Positions 28,078 through 39,042 of a DNA stretch of 49,952 bases are shown piece after piece. The stretch comes from Omnitrophica WOR_2 bacterium RBG_13_41_10. Its GTDB lineage: Bacteria > Omnitrophota > Gorgyraeia > Gygaellales > Profunditerraquicolaceae. The notes beneath the pieces are model-generated. The model was not told the origin of the DNA, ran no database searches, and saw only the letters and a program-made list of their open reading frames with translations. The stretch spans positions 1 to 49,952 of the forward strand of contig MHGH01000005.1 of assembly GCA_001805465.1 (NCBI GenBank), in the 5' to 3' direction. The position numbers and the translations under genes are program-made. The stretch's first letter is position 1. The number at the start of each line of letters is the position of its first letter.

Positions 28078-28088
28078 AAAGGACTATT

Positions 28089-29345
28089 ATGAATTACGAT
28101 ATCAAAGATATAAAGTTAGCCAAGAAGGGGGCATTAAGGATTGAGTGGGCGGAAAATAACATGCCGGTGTTAAAACTTATCGCCCAGCGTTTTAAAAAAG
28201 AGCGGCCTTTAAAAGGCCTGAAAATTGCCGCTTGCTTGCATGTGACTACGGAAACCGCAGCTTTAATGCAGGTGCTAAAATTAGGCGGGGCAGGAGCTAC
28301 TGTATGCGCCTCTAATCCTCTTTCTACGCAAGATGATGTGGCAGCTGCTTTAGTGAAAGACCTGAAAATTCCGGTGTTTGCCATTAAGGGAGAAAATAAT
28401 AAAACTTATTATCAGCATATCAAAGCGGTTTTAAGCACCAGGCCCGATATCACTATGGATGACGGCGCAGATTTGGTAAGCGCTGTACACCGTACCCCGT
28501 ACTCCGTACACGAAAATATCATTGGCGGGACAGAAGAGACTACTACTGGGGTGATTAGGTTAAGGGCGCTGGCAGAAGAAGGGAAATTACGTTACCCGAT
28601 CATTGCCGTAAATGACGCCCAGACTAAACATTTATTTGATAACCGTTATGGCACGGGCCAGTCAACTATAGACGGTATTATCCGCGCCACAAATAAATTA
28701 TTAGCAGGGGCAAATTTTGTAGTCTGCGGTTATGGTTGGTGCGGCAGGGGTGTGGCTATGCGGGCTAAAGGCATGGCAGCAAAAGTAATTGTAGTAGAAG
28801 TAGACCCCTTACGCGCCTTAGAAGCTACCATGGACGGCTACGAAGTAATGCCGATAAAAGAAGCAGCAAGAATAGGAGAAATATTTGTCACTACTACCGG
28901 AGATACCAGCATTATCCGCCGGGAACATTTTCTTCTCATGAAGGACGGGGCGATTTTATCTAACGCCGGGCATTTTAATGTAGAGATTGATATTCCGGCT
29001 TTAGAAAAGTTAAGCAAAGCAAAAAGGCGTATTCGCGATTTTGTAGATGAATATACCTTAAGAGGCGGACGCAGGATTTATCTGTTGGGAGAAGGCCGCC
29101 TGATTAACCTGGCGGCGGCAGAGGGCCATCCGGCACAGGTGATGGATATGTCTTTTGCCAACCAAGCCTTAAGCGCAGAATATATCAGCAAGCACCGTAA
29201 AGAGTTAAAAATAAATGTATTCGCGGTCCCTGAAAAAATAGACCGCAGCATCGCGGATTTAAAATTAAAATCCATGGGGATAAAAATAGATAGTTTAACG
29301 GGTCAGCAAAAAAAATATCTGGCTAGTTGGGAATTGGGAACATAA
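28089..29345 (+). CDS. ahcY: Adenosylhomocysteinase
   Basis: EETTTGV, NAD fold [12 protein letters not shown] and a conserved C-terminus. Adjacent to metK. Confidence 0.93.
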   Translation: MNYDIKDIKLAKKGALRIEWAENNMPVLKLIAQRFKKERPLKGLKIAACLHVTTETAALMQVLKLGGAGATVCASNPLSTQDDVAAALVKDLKIPVFAIKGENNKTYYQHIKAVLSTRPDITMDDGADLVSAVHRTPYSVHENIIGGTEETTTGVIRLRALAEEGKLRYPIIAVNDAQTKHLFDNRYGTGQSTIDGIIRATNKLLAGANFVVCGYGWCGRGVAMRAKGMAAKVIVVEVDPLRALEATMDGYEVMPIKEAARIGEIFVTTTGDTSIIRREHFLLMKDGAILSNAGHFNVEIDIPALEKLSKAKRRIRDFVDEYTLRGGRRIYLLGEGRLINLAAAEGHPAQVMDMSFANQALSAEYISKHRKELKINVFAVPEKIDRSIADLKLKSMGIKIDSLTGQQKKYLASWELGT

Positions 29346-29350
29346 TTAAA

Positions 29351-30316
29351 ATGGAAATTAAAAAAATTGGTATCTTAACTTCAGGCGGAGATGCTCCCGG
29401 CATGAATGCGGCTATTCGTTCAGTAGTGCGTTATTCCCTATACAACAAAATAGAGGTAATGGGGATTTTCCGCGGCTGGTGGGGTTTAATTAATGAAGAA
29501 CTAAAAGTATTGGACCACCGCTCTGTATCAGGAATCATCAATCAAGGCGGCACTATTTTAAAAACTGCGCGCTGTCCTGAATTTCATAGCGATGAAGGAA
29601 AGAAAAGGGCATACGAGACTTTAAAGAAAAATTCCATTGACGGAATAATCGCTATCGGCGGTAACGGCAGTTTCGAAGCACTTCATGAGTTTTATAAAAA
29701 ATATCAGGTTCCTTGTATTGGTATTCCCGCTTCCATTGATAACGACGTCAATGGTATAGATGCAACTATAGGAGCAGATACGGCCATAAATACAGCGCTA
29801 GCCGCCATTGATAATATCCGCGACACTGCTACTTCCATGGAGAGGATATTCGTAGTAGAAGTGATGGGCAGAGAGTTTGGATTTATTGCCTTGACCGTGG
29901 CTTTGGCAGGAGGTTGTGAAGAGGTCATTATTCCGGAAAGGAAATTTGACTTACAGGCTATCTGCCATGATATTGTAGAGGGAAATTTAAGAGGCAAAAT
30001 GAGCTGGATTATTGTAGTGGCTGAGGGGGCAGGCCATGCTGAAGATATTGCTAAGAAAATAACCGAGATGACGGATTTAGAAACACGGACAGTAGTTTTG
30101 GGCCATGTCCAGAGGGGCGGCCGTCCCACTGCCTTAAGCCGCGACTTAGCTTTAAACTACGGCAAGGCAGCCGTTGATTGCTTATTAAGGGGCGAAACCA
30201 ATAAAGCGGTAGGGTTATATTGCAATAAAATAGTTACGATAGATTTAGAGGTTGCAACGCAGAAAAAAGAATTAAAAATCGAAAATCTTTATCACTTAGT
30301 GAAGATATTAACCTAA
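29351..30316 (+). CDS. pfkA: ATP-dependent 6-phosphofructokinase
   Basis: GILTSGGDAPGMNAAIR, IGGNGS, GIPASIDND, MGR. The ATG at 29351 gives the canonical N-terminus. Confidence 0.92.
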   Translation: MEIKKIGILTSGGDAPGMNAAIRSVVRYSLYNKIEVMGIFRGWWGLINEELKVLDHRSVSGIINQGGTILKTARCPEFHSDEGKKRAYETLKKNSIDGIIAIGGNGSFEALHEFYKKYQVPCIGIPASIDNDVNGIDATIGADTAINTALAAIDNIRDTATSMERIFVVEVMGREFGFIALTVALAGGCEEVIIPERKFDLQAICHDIVEGNLRGKMSWIIVVAEGAGHAEDIAKKITEMTDLETRTVVLGHVQRGGRPTALSRDLALNYGKAAVDCLLRGETNKAVGLYCNKIVTIDLEVATQKKELKIENLYHLVKILT

Positions 30317-30330
30317 GGAGGATATGTTTT

Positions 30331-31656
30331 ATGGGAAGAAGGCCGCAAGACATCGATAAGATTGCAATGGATTTAGCCATGAGCGATGATATCAATACCA
30401 AAAAAGAGCTGGGCAAGAAAATTTTTGACATCGCTTACAAAAAAGGGATTTATCCTTCCAGTATTCATGATTTTTATCTGGCACGCGGTAGATTGGAATT
30501 CGGGGGTTTTACCGTGCCGGCGATAAATTTAAGAAGCATGACCTATGATTTAGCGCGCGCCATATTTAGAGTGGCCAAGATTAATAATTCCGGGGCTTTT
30601 ATTTTTGAGATCGCCAAATCCGAGATGGGATATACTGCTCAACCGCCCATAGAATATTCTAGTATAGTTCTGGCAGCGGCGATTAAAGAAGGTTATGCGG
30701 GTGCGGTCTTTATCCAAGCAGACCATACACAGGCCAATGCCAAAAAATTTCAGGAGAACCCCGATAAAGAAATAGAAACATTACAGGCTGTAATTAGAGA
30801 TGCCATTGACAGCGGATTTTATAATATTGATATTGATTCCTCGACCCTGGTAGATTTATCTAAACCCAGTATCAAGAAACAACAGTATTTTAATTACGAG
30901 GTTTGCGCAAAGCTCACCCAGTTTATCCGGCGCATAGAGCCAAAAGGGGTTACGGTTTCCGTAGGTGGAGAAATTGGAGAAGTTGGGCACAAGAATTCTA
31001 CTCCCGAAGACCTGCGCGCCTTTATGGAGGGTTACAAAGAAAGATTACGCAAAGGATTAATCGGGATAAGTAAAATCTCCATTCAGACCGGGACTTCTCA
31101 CGGCGGAGTAGTTTTACCCGACGGGACAGTGGCGCAGGTAAAATTAGATTTCGATACTTTAAAAAATATTTCTGAGATTGCCAAAAAAGAATACGGCCTG
31201 GCCGGTGCAGTGCAGCATGGTGCATCAACCTTATCGGCTGAGGCATTCCACAAATTTGTAGACTCTGATGCCTGTGAGGTGCATTTGGCCACGGAATTCC
31301 AGAATATGATTTATGAAAACAAGCATTTTCCTGAAAGCCTAAAGGCAAAAATTTATGAATGGCTAAAAGCGAATGCTGCTTCGGAAAGAAAAGAAGGGGA
31401 AACCGAAGAGCAGTTTATTTATAAGACGCGTAAAAAAGCCTTAGGCCCTTTTAAAAAAGATATCTTAGGCCTTACCCAAGAAATAAGAGATGCTATTACC
31501 AAAGAAATCGAAGAGAAATTTGATTTTCTCTTTAAGCAGTTAAATACGGTGAATAATAAAGAATTAGTAGATAAGTATGTAGCTTTAAAAAGGGTGATCA
31601 GCCGTAAACACAAAGACGCCCAGGCAGTGCATCACGACGGAGAAGGAGCAGATTAA
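30331..31656 (+). CDS. fba: Class II fructose-bisphosphate (ketose-bisphosphate) aldolase, long form
   Basis: IQADHT, GTSHGG and VQHGAST metal/substrate motifs of the class II aldolase fold. 441 aa. Confidence 0.78.
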   Translation: MGRRPQDIDKIAMDLAMSDDINTKKELGKKIFDIAYKKGIYPSSIHDFYLARGRLEFGGFTVPAINLRSMTYDLARAIFRVAKINNSGAFIFEIAKSEMGYTAQPPIEYSSIVLAAAIKEGYAGAVFIQADHTQANAKKFQENPDKEIETLQAVIRDAIDSGFYNIDIDSSTLVDLSKPSIKKQQYFNYEVCAKLTQFIRRIEPKGVTVSVGGEIGEVGHKNSTPEDLRAFMEGYKERLRKGLIGISKISIQTGTSHGGVVLPDGTVAQVKLDFDTLKNISEIAKKEYGLAGAVQHGASTLSAEAFHKFVDSDACEVHLATEFQNMIYENKHFPESLKAKIYEWLKANAASERKEGETEEQFIYKTRKKALGPFKKDILGLTQEIRDAITKEIEEKFDFLFKQLNTVNNKELVDKYVALKRVISRKHKDAQAVHHDGEGAD

Positions 31657-31668
31657 AAGGAGAAAATA

Positions 31669-33321
31669 ATGCGCTCGGATAAAATTAAGAAAGGTTTGGA
31701 ACGCGTTCCGCATCGTGCGCTTTTACATGCTACTGGGTTATCGAAAAAAGACTTAGGAAGGCCTTTTATCGGCATCGCTAGTTCTTTTACAGATTTAATT
31801 CCCGGCCATATCGGCATGCGGGATTTAGAGCGCTACATCGAACGGGGAGTCTGTTACGGTGGCGGGGTGCCATTTTTATTTGGCGTGCCGGGAATCTGCG
31901 ACGGTATTGCTATGGGCCATTTAGGAATGTGCTATCCATTGGCCTTAAGAGAAATAGTGGCAGATACTATTGAAACTGTCTGTAATGCCCATCAGTTAGA
32001 TGGGATTGTCTGTTTGACTAACTGCGATAAGATTACTCCCGGTATGCTTATGGGTATTGCGCGTTTGAATATTCCGGCGATCATTGTTACCGCTGGTCCT
32101 ATGTTATCCGGCCGTTACAATAAAAGAAAATTAGCCTTTGTGCATGATACCTACGAGGCATTAGCACGGGCAAAGAAGGGCGAAATTTCTCCAAAAGAAT
32201 TAGCTTGTTTAGAGATGGAGTCTTGTCCCGGCGCTGGTTCATGCCAGGGCCTATATACTGCCAATACTATGGCATGCCTGACAGAAACTATGGGGATGTC
32301 TTTACCGGGTTGCGGTACAGCATTAGCCGGCTCTGCCAAGAAACGCCGGATTGCCCAGGCAAGTGGCGAGCGCATTGTGGAATTGGTGAAGAAAAATATT
32401 AATCCTTTGAATATTATCAATAAACAATCTTTGGAAAATGCTATTGTGGTGGATATGGCTTTGGGTGGCTCTACTAATACGGTTTTACATTTGATGGCGA
32501 TTGCCCATGAGGCAAAGATAAAATTAGACCTCGCTACCTTTGATAGAATCAGTAAAACCACCCCGCATATTACTAATTTAGAGCCGGCAGGGCCGTATTT
32601 TATGGAGGATTTAGAGTATGCCGGCGGCATCCCTGCGGTTTTAAAGCGCCTAAAAAAGAAGTTACATAATACTAATACACTGAGCGGTAAGAAAATATTT
32701 GAGATTACTGATGGGGCTTGCATTTTTGATCAAGAGGTGATCCGGCCGTTAAATAAAGCCTATCATAAGCAGGGCGGTATTGCGGTTTTATACGGCAACC
32801 TCGCTCCTTTTGGCGCAGTGGTAAAGCAGGCGGCAGTGAGTGCTAAAATGATGAAATTTAAAGGTAAGGCAAAAGTCTTTAACCGTGAAGAAGAAGCTAT
32901 GCAGGCAATATTGGCGGGGAAAATCAAAAAAGGCGATGTGATTGTCATCCGCTACGAAGGCCCGGCAGGTGGGCCGGGTATGCGTGAAATGCTTGCACCG
33001 ACTTCTGCAATTGTGGGTATGGGCTTAGCAGATTCTGTGGCCTTGATTACCGACGGAAGATTCTCCGGAGGTACCAAGGGTCCTTGTATTGGACATATTT
33101 CGCCTGAGGCATATAGCGGTGGAGAAATTGCTATTTTAAAGAACTCTGATATAATCGAGATAGATATAGCGAAAAGAAAGATAGAGGTTAAGTTAACCAA
33201 ATCCGAAATAGAGAAAAGATATAGAGGATGGAAGCCCATCCCGCCAAAGATTAAAACCGGTTACTTAGCGCGATATTCTAAGTTGGTGAGCTCGGCGGAT
33301 AAAGGAGCGGTTCTCTTATAA
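31669..33321 (+). CDS. ilvD: Dihydroxy-acid dehydratase
   Basis: [10 protein letters not shown] and [15 protein letters not shown] Fe-S cluster motifs. 550 aa. Confidence 0.95.
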   Translation: MRSDKIKKGLERVPHRALLHATGLSKKDLGRPFIGIASSFTDLIPGHIGMRDLERYIERGVCYGGGVPFLFGVPGICDGIAMGHLGMCYPLALREIVADTIETVCNAHQLDGIVCLTNCDKITPGMLMGIARLNIPAIIVTAGPMLSGRYNKRKLAFVHDTYEALARAKKGEISPKELACLEMESCPGAGSCQGLYTANTMACLTETMGMSLPGCGTALAGSAKKRRIAQASGERIVELVKKNINPLNIINKQSLENAIVVDMALGGSTNTVLHLMAIAHEAKIKLDLATFDRISKTTPHITNLEPAGPYFMEDLEYAGGIPAVLKRLKKKLHNTNTLSGKKIFEITDGACIFDQEVIRPLNKAYHKQGGIAVLYGNLAPFGAVVKQAAVSAKMMKFKGKAKVFNREEEAMQAILAGKIKKGDVIVIRYEGPAGGPGMREMLAPTSAIVGMGLADSVALITDGRFSGGTKGPCIGHISPEAYSGGEIAILKNSDIIEIDIAKRKIEVKLTKSEIEKRYRGWKPIPPKIKTGYLARYSKLVSSADKGAVLL

Positions 33322-33441
33322 ATGTTACTAAATGTTACTAAAGGTTACAAGAGGTTACTAAAAGTTACAAAGGCTTAACTTTAAATTAAATGTAACTTCT
33401 GGTAACATCAAGTAACCTTCCGTAACCTAGAGTAACTTTTA
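33319..33441. repeat. Dyad-symmetric array: five GTTAC then five GTAAC motifs, each set at exact 10-bp spacing
   Basis: GTTAC at 33324, 33334, 33344, 33354 and 33364. GTAAC at 33392, 33402, 33412, 33422 and 33432. The symmetry centre is 33380. About 40 of 51 arm positions are Watson-Crick complementary. The array fills the whole ilvD-ilvB spacer. Confidence 0.9.
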
Positions 33442-33446
33442 AAAAT

Positions 33447-35111
33447 ATGACTGGTGCACAGATATTAATTGAGTGTTTAAAACGCGAAGGGGTGAAAGTG
33501 ATGTTTGGCTATCCCGGCGGACAGGTTCTGCCTATTTTTGATGCGCTTTACGATGCGGATATCAAATTCATCCTGGCGCGTCATGAGCAGGGGGCAGCCC
33601 ATGCCGCAGACGGCTATGCCCGGGCTACCGGAAAAGTGGGAGTTTGTATTGCTACTTCTGGGCCGGGTGCTACCAATTTAACTACCGGTATTGCCAACGC
33701 CTATATGGATTCTATTCCCATGGTGGCGATTACCGGTCAGGTAAAGACTTTTCTTATCGGTAATGATGCCTTTCAGGAAGCAGATGTAACCGGCGTCACC
33801 CGGCCGATTACCAAACATAATTTTTTAGTCAAAGATGTCAAGGATCTGGCGCGGATTATCCGGGAAGCTTTTTATATTGCCTCAACCGGCAGGCCCGGCC
33901 CGGTCTTAATTGATATTCCTTCGGATGTACAGATGCAGGATACAGAATTTATTTGGCCTGAAGAAGTAAAAATTCGCGGATACAATCCTACTTATTTTGG
34001 CCATCCTGGGCAAATTAAAAAAGCCGCTAAATTAATCAAGCAGGCCAAAAGGCCTATTCTTTATACCGGCGGAGGAATTATTACTTCAGGGGCAAGCCCA
34101 GAGTTAAAAGATTTAGCGGAAAGAATTCACATTCCCGTAACTAATACCCTGATGGGGTTAGGTGGATTTCCTGGAACGCATGAACTTTTCTTAGGCATGC
34201 TTGGTATGCATGGCACTGCCTATGCCAACCACGCTATTATGGGGTCAGATTTAATTATTGCAGTGGGTGCGCGTTTTGATGACCGGGTTACCGGCAGATT
34301 AGATGCCTTTGCGCCGGGTGCCAAGATTATCCATATTGATATTGATCCAGCATCGATAAGCAAAAATGTAAAAGTGGATGTACCGATAGTGGGTGATGCC
34401 AAGAATATTTTAGGACAATTATTAGAGGAGATTAAAAAAGTCCCTGATACTACGGAGTGGTTAAAAACGATAGATAGCTGGAAGAAGAAATATCCTTTAA
34501 AATACAAAGAGGAAGGCAAGATTAAACCTCAATATGTTATCGAACAGATTTATCAAGCCACTAAAGGAGAAGCCATTATCACTACTGAAGTTGGGCAAAA
34601 CCAGATGTGGGCCTGTCAGTGGTATAAATATACCTCGCCCCATACTTTTATTTCTTCGGGAGGGCTCGGTACTATGGGTTTTGGTTTTCCGGCAGCAATG
34701 GGCGCTAAGCTGGGTTGCCCGGAAAAAATTGTCTTCGATATCGCCGGTGATGGTTCGATTCAGATGAATATTCAGGAATTAGCCACCTGCGTCTGTAATA
34801 AAATAAATGTCAAGGTGGCGATATTAAACAACGAATATTTAGGGATGGTCAGGCAATGGCAGGAACTATTCTATAAGAAACGCTATTCTTACACCACATT
34901 ATACAATCCGGATTTTGTGAAATTAGCCGAAAGTTTCGGCGCAGTGGGTATCCGAGTGACCAAAAAAGAAGAGGTGCGCCCGGCCATTGACAAGGCGCTG
35001 GCAATAGATAACACAGTGTTTATTGATTTTCATATTGAACCGGAAGAAAATGTCTATCCTATGGTGCCGGCGGGGGAGGCGATAAATAAAATGTTAGGGG
35101 GCTTAGCTTAA
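33447..35111 (+). CDS. ilvB: Acetolactate synthase (acetohydroxyacid synthase) large subunit
   Basis: [14 protein letters not shown] and the ThDP motif [16 protein letters not shown]...[12 protein letters not shown]. 554 aa. Confidence 0.94.
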   Translation: MTGAQILIECLKREGVKVMFGYPGGQVLPIFDALYDADIKFILARHEQGAAHAADGYARATGKVGVCIATSGPGATNLTTGIANAYMDSIPMVAITGQVKTFLIGNDAFQEADVTGVTRPITKHNFLVKDVKDLARIIREAFYIASTGRPGPVLIDIPSDVQMQDTEFIWPEEVKIRGYNPTYFGHPGQIKKAAKLIKQAKRPILYTGGGIITSGASPELKDLAERIHIPVTNTLMGLGGFPGTHELFLGMLGMHGTAYANHAIMGSDLIIAVGARFDDRVTGRLDAFAPGAKIIHIDIDPASISKNVKVDVPIVGDAKNILGQLLEEIKKVPDTTEWLKTIDSWKKKYPLKYKEEGKIKPQYVIEQIYQATKGEAIITTEVGQNQMWACQWYKYTSPHTFISSGGLGTMGFGFPAAMGAKLGCPEKIVFDIAGDGSIQMNIQELATCVCNKINVKVAILNNEYLGMVRQWQELFYKKRYSYTTLYNPDFVKLAESFGAVGIRVTKKEEVRPAIDKALAIDNTVFIDFHIEPEENVYPMVPAGEAINKMLGGLA

Positions 35112-35112
35112 A

Positions 35113-35586
35113 ATGCGTCATACCATTTCTGTTTTAGTAGAGAATAAGTTCGGAGTCCTGGCGCGGGTAGCAGGTTTGTTTAGCGCCCGGGGATATAATA
35201 TTGCTTCTTTATCGGTTTCCGAGACACAAGATCCGGATACTTCCTATATGACTATAGTAGTAGAAGCCAAGGATGAAAATGTCTTGGAGCAGATTAAGAA
35301 ACAACTGAATAAACTTATCGACGTAATCAGCATTACCGACTTTACCAAGAAGGAGCACGTAGATAGAGAGCTTATTCTTATTAAAGTAAAATATTCTGCC
35401 AAAGAGAAAAGTAAATTAGAGAATATCTTGAATAAATATGTGGCTAAGATAATCCAGCATAAAGGGGATACTGCCATTGTTGAAGCTGTAGGGGAACAAG
35501 CTCAGATTAAGCAGCTTTTGGATTCCTTAGGGCAATTGGGGATTAAAGAATTAGTGAGGACCGGACGAGTAGCGATTAGTTATTAG
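35113..35586 (+). CDS. ilvN: Acetolactate synthase small (regulatory) subunit
   Basis: ACT domain HTISVLVENKFGVLARVAGLFSARGYNI. Positioned directly after ilvB. Confidence 0.92.
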   Translation: MRHTISVLVENKFGVLARVAGLFSARGYNIASLSVSETQDPDTSYMTIVVEAKDENVLEQIKKQLNKLIDVISITDFTKKEHVDRELILIKVKYSAKEKSKLENILNKYVAKIIQHKGDTAIVEAVGEQAQIKQLLDSLGQLGIKELVRTGRVAISY

Positions 35587-35604
35587 GAAGAGGGAGGATT
35601 AATA

Positions 35605-36597
35605 ATGCTAAAGATTTATTATGATCAAGACGCGGATTTAAATCTTTTAAAAGGTAAAACCATTGCCATTATCGGTTACGGCATACAGGGCCGCGGCCAG
35701 GCACTTTGCCTACGCGATTCCGGTTGTAGTGTGGTAGTTTCCGAAATGGAAGGCACCCCAAATTATGAATTAGCCAAAAAAGACGGGTTCAGTCCTGTTT
35801 CCGCTGCCGAGGCAGCCAAGGCCGGGGATATAATTCAAATCTTAACCCAGGACCATGTGCAGGCCAAAGTATATAAGGAAAGTATTAAGCCGAATTTAAA
35901 AAAAGGCAAAGCCCTTTGTTTTTCCCACGGTTTTAATATCAGGTTTAAACAGATTAAACCACCGAAGAATGTGGACGTATTTATGATTGCCCCTAAAGGC
36001 CCGGGTGCATTAGTGCGCAGAATGTATGAAGAAAGTAAGGGTGTGCCGTGTTTGGTGGCAGTATTTCAGGATGCCAGCGGCCAAGCAAAACAATTAGCCT
36101 TAGCTTATGGAAAGGCCATAGGCGGAACACGCGCCGGAATCATTGAGACTACCTTTGATGAAGAAACTGAAACTGATCTATTTGGCGAGCAGGCAGTGCT
36201 TTGCGGCGGTGTAACAGAATTAATCAAAGCCGGATTTGATACATTGGTAGAAGCAGGGTATCAGCCGGAGATTGCTTATTTTGAGGTTTTGCATGAATTA
36301 AAATTGATTACGGATCTCATTCAGGAATTCGGTATTAGCGGCATGCGTCGAAGAGTTTCTAATACTGCCTGTTACGGAGATTTAAGCCGTGGCCCGAAAA
36401 TTATTACCGAAAAGACCCGCAAGGTGATGAAAAAATTATTAAAAGATATCAAATCAGGAAAGTTTGCCCGTGAATGGATAAAGGAAAATGAAACCGGCCG
36501 GACAAATTTCGATAGTTTATTAAAAGCCGGGGATGACCACCAGATTGAAAAAGTCGGACAGCAATTACGCCAAATGATGCCGTGGATGCGCAAATAG
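35605..36597 (+). CDS. ilvC: Ketol-acid reductoisomerase
   Basis: [21 protein letters not shown] and a conserved class I KARI core. 330 aa. Confidence 0.95.
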   Translation: MLKIYYDQDADLNLLKGKTIAIIGYGIQGRGQALCLRDSGCSVVVSEMEGTPNYELAKKDGFSPVSAAEAAKAGDIIQILTQDHVQAKVYKESIKPNLKKGKALCFSHGFNIRFKQIKPPKNVDVFMIAPKGPGALVRRMYEESKGVPCLVAVFQDASGQAKQLALAYGKAIGGTRAGIIETTFDEETETDLFGEQAVLCGGVTELIKAGFDTLVEAGYQPEIAYFEVLHELKLITDLIQEFGISGMRRRVSNTACYGDLSRGPKIITEKTRKVMKKLLKDIKSGKFAREWIKENETGRTNFDSLLKAGDDHQIEKVGQQLRQMMPWMRK

Positions 36598-36661
36598 GTG
36601 TTAGGTGTTGGGTTTTAGGTGTTAGTTAGAACCAAAGACCTAACACCAAAAACCAAGAACC
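36595..36661 (+). repeat. Five tandem heptamers (TAGGTGT-like) that form the 5' arm of an extended hairpin
   Basis: TAGGTGT TAGGTGT TGGGTTT TAGGTGT TAGTTAG (36595-36629). GGTGTTAG (36618-36625) pairs with CTAACACC (36640-36647), and the helix extends imperfectly to 36604/36661. Confidence 0.8.
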
Positions 36662-36666
36662 CATAT

Positions 36667-38172
36667 ATGGATAAGATAATAATTTTTGATACTACGCTAC
36701 GCGACGGAGAGCAGGCTCCGGGAGCAAGCCTTAACCCCAAAGAGAAATTAGAAATCGCCCATGCGCTTTCGGATATGGGGGTGGATATTATTGAGGCAGG
36801 GTTCCCTATTGCCAGTAAGGGTGAGCTTTTGTCAGTGCAGCAAATTGCCAAAGCCATTAAAGGCCCGGTAATCTGCGGATTAGCCCGCGCCATCAAAGCA
36901 GATATTGATGCTGCGCATGAGGCAGTAAAACACGCCAAGCATCCGCGTATCCATGTATTTTTGGCGACTTCCAAGATTCATATGCAGTATAAATTGAAAA
37001 AAGCCGAAGATGAGATCTTGCGCCTGGCAGTAGAATTTACCAAATATGCCAAGCGTTTTTTCCCTGACATAGAATTTTCTCCGGAAGATGCTTCACGCAC
37101 AGAACGAGAATTTCTTTTTCAAGTGGTAGAAGCAGTAATTGATGCCGGAGCCACTACCGTGAACATACCGGATACTGTCGGATATACTGAGCCTGCGGAG
37201 TACGGTTGTTTAATCAAGGCAATCAAAGAAAATGTCCCTAATATCGATAAGGCTATTATTTCCGTGCATTGCCATAATGATCTGGGCCTGGCAGTGGCTA
37301 ATTCTCTGGAAGCGATAAAGAATGGGGCTCGTCAGGTTGAATGCACCATCAATGGAATCGGCGAACGCGCAGGGAATGCCTCTATGGAAGAAATAGTGAT
37401 GAGTATTCGTACGCGTAGAGATATCTTTAGTGATGTCGATACCCAGATTAAGACGAACTCTATCTATAAGGTTTCGCGCCTGGTAAGTAAATTAACCGGT
37501 TTTGTAGTCGCTCCCAATAAGGCCATTGTGGGCGGTAATGCCTTTCGTCATGAATCAGGCATACATCAGGATGGTGTGCTCAAAGAGCGCTCTACCTACG
37601 AAATCATTAAACCTGAAGATGTAGGGTTTACCGGAACGGGAATTGTGCTAGGGAAGCATTCCGGCCGCCATGCCTTAGCCGAGCGGTTAAAAGACTTAGG
37701 TTTTAATCTCACAACAGAACAACTGAATACTGTCAGCGAGCGTTTCAAAGCCCTGGCTGATAAAAAGAAGACTATTTTTGACGATGATTTAATTTCCATA
37801 GTAGAGGATGAAATTAAACAGATTAAGCCAGTCTGGAAACTGGAAGGTTTTGTTACTAATTCCGGGACAAAGATTACTCCTACGGCAGAGGTAGAGTTAA
37901 AATATAAAAATAAGTCCCTTTCTGCAAAATCCAGCGGCGACGGCCCGGTAGATGCCTGTTTTAAGGCTATTGATAAGATTACCGGTATCAAAGGTGAGCT
38001 GCAGGATTACCGTATTGAAGCCGTTACTAAAGGTAAAGATGCCCTCGGTGAGGTGAGCCTGAAATTAAAAGCCAAAGGCAAGATAGTGACAGCGCGCGCT
38101 TCCAGCACCGATATTATCGAGTCATCGGTCAGGGCTTACATTAATGCCCTCAACAAAATAGAAAGCCTCTAA
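36667..38172 (+). CDS. leuA: 2-isopropylmalate synthase
   Basis: IFDTTLRDGEQ, HCHNDLGLAVANSL, and a C-terminal LeuA dimer/regulatory domain. The ATG at 36667 gives the canonical N-terminus. The track's GTG at 36619 lies inside the repeat hairpin. Confidence 0.9.
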   Translation: MDKIIIFDTTLRDGEQAPGASLNPKEKLEIAHALSDMGVDIIEAGFPIASKGELLSVQQIAKAIKGPVICGLARAIKADIDAAHEAVKHAKHPRIHVFLATSKIHMQYKLKKAEDEILRLAVEFTKYAKRFFPDIEFSPEDASRTEREFLFQVVEAVIDAGATTVNIPDTVGYTEPAEYGCLIKAIKENVPNIDKAIISVHCHNDLGLAVANSLEAIKNGARQVECTINGIGERAGNASMEEIVMSIRTRRDIFSDVDTQIKTNSIYKVSRLVSKLTGFVVAPNKAIVGGNAFRHESGIHQDGVLKERSTYEIIKPEDVGFTGTGIVLGKHSGRHALAERLKDLGFNLTTEQLNTVSERFKALADKKKTIFDDDLISIVEDEIKQIKPVWKLEGFVTNSGTKITPTAEVELKYKNKSLSAKSSGDGPVDACFKAIDKITGIKGELQDYRIEAVTKGKDALGEVSLKLKAKGKIVTARASSTDIIESSVRAYINALNKIESL

Positions 38173-38187
38173 CATTTATCCAAAATT

Positions 38188-39042
38188 ATGGATAAAGCGT
38201 TTCCTTTACGAATCTATGGTTTAATAGGATATCCTGTTAAGCATAGCCTCTCGCCGTTAATGCACAATGCTGCATTTTCCGCACTAAAGATAAATGCCGA
38301 ATACAAACTATTTGAAGTAACCCCGCTTGATTTAGAGGATTTGTTGCGTTCTGTCACAAAAAAAAATATTTACGGCTTTAATATCACCGTACCTTACAAA
38401 GAAATGGTTATGCGTTTTTTGCATAAGGTATCCAGGGAGGCGAAATTAATCGGGGCGGTAAACACGGTCAAGGTTTCCCGCGGGAAATTAGAGGGGTTTA
38501 ATACCGACGGAGCCGGATTCTTTCGGCATTTAACTGGAAGTTTAAAGTTTAATCCTAAAAATAAAAGAATAGCGGTAGTAGGGGCAGGAGGAGCTAGCAA
38601 GGCAGTTACCATATATTTAGCTAAGGCCAGGCCCAAATCCATCTTTATTTTTGACTTAGATACGCCTAAAGCAGATCATCTGGTAAGGTACCTCAAAGAT
38701 AATTTTAAGGTAGTGGATTTTCAGTCTATCCATAAAATCGAAAAGCTGGGTATTGCTGACTGCGATTTGTTAGTTAATGCTACACCGGTAGGCTTAAAAG
38801 AAAATGACCCTCCCTTAATAGAGCCCGGATTTATCCACGGCAATCTTTTAGTTTACGACTTAATCTATAATCCGCCCCAGACAAAATTAATCAAAATAGC
38901 TAAAGAAAAAAAAGTAAGAGCCTCCAATGGCTTAGGTATGCTTTTATATCAAGGCGCACTATCCTTTGAATTATGGACGCATAAGAAAGCCCCCATACCA
39001 ATAATGAAAGCGGCATTAGAAAAAGGAGTAGAGAACCTATGA
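38188..39042 (+). CDS. aroE: Shikimate dehydrogenase
   Basis: YGLIGYPVKHSLSPLMHN and the NADP fold VVGAGGASKAV. Confidence 0.9.
   Translation: MDKAFPLRIYGLIGYPVKHSLSPLMHNAAFSALKINAEYKLFEVTPLDLEDLLRSVTKKNIYGFNITVPYKEMVMRFLHKVSREAKLIGAVNTVKVSRGKLEGFNTDGAGFFRHLTGSLKFNPKNKRIAVVGAGGASKAVTIYLAKARPKSIFIFDLDTPKADHLVRYLKDNFKVVDFQSIHKIEKLGIADCDLLVNATPVGLKENDPPLIEPGFIHGNLLVYDLIYNPPQTKLIKIAKEKKVRASNGLGMLLYQGALSFELWTHKKAPIPIMKAALEKGVENL

Noticed and set aside
32151-32723. Long antisense ORFs inside conserved genes. Examples are the 190-aa ORF opposite ilvD, 141 aa opposite pfkA (29704-30129), 131 aa opposite leuA, 128 aa opposite the nucleotidyltransferase, and 125 aa opposite malQ.
   Set aside because: These are shadow ORFs on the strand opposite strongly recognisable enzymes. 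Their composition is low-complexity or biased and they have no motifs. They are not reported as genes.
36619-36666. GTG at 36619 as the leuA start (the 517-aa version).
   Set aside because: The extra 16 residues are encoded by the tandem-repeat hairpin, whereas LeuA homologues begin a few residues before IFDTTLRDGEQ. I kept 36667, but proteomics is needed because neither start has an SD.
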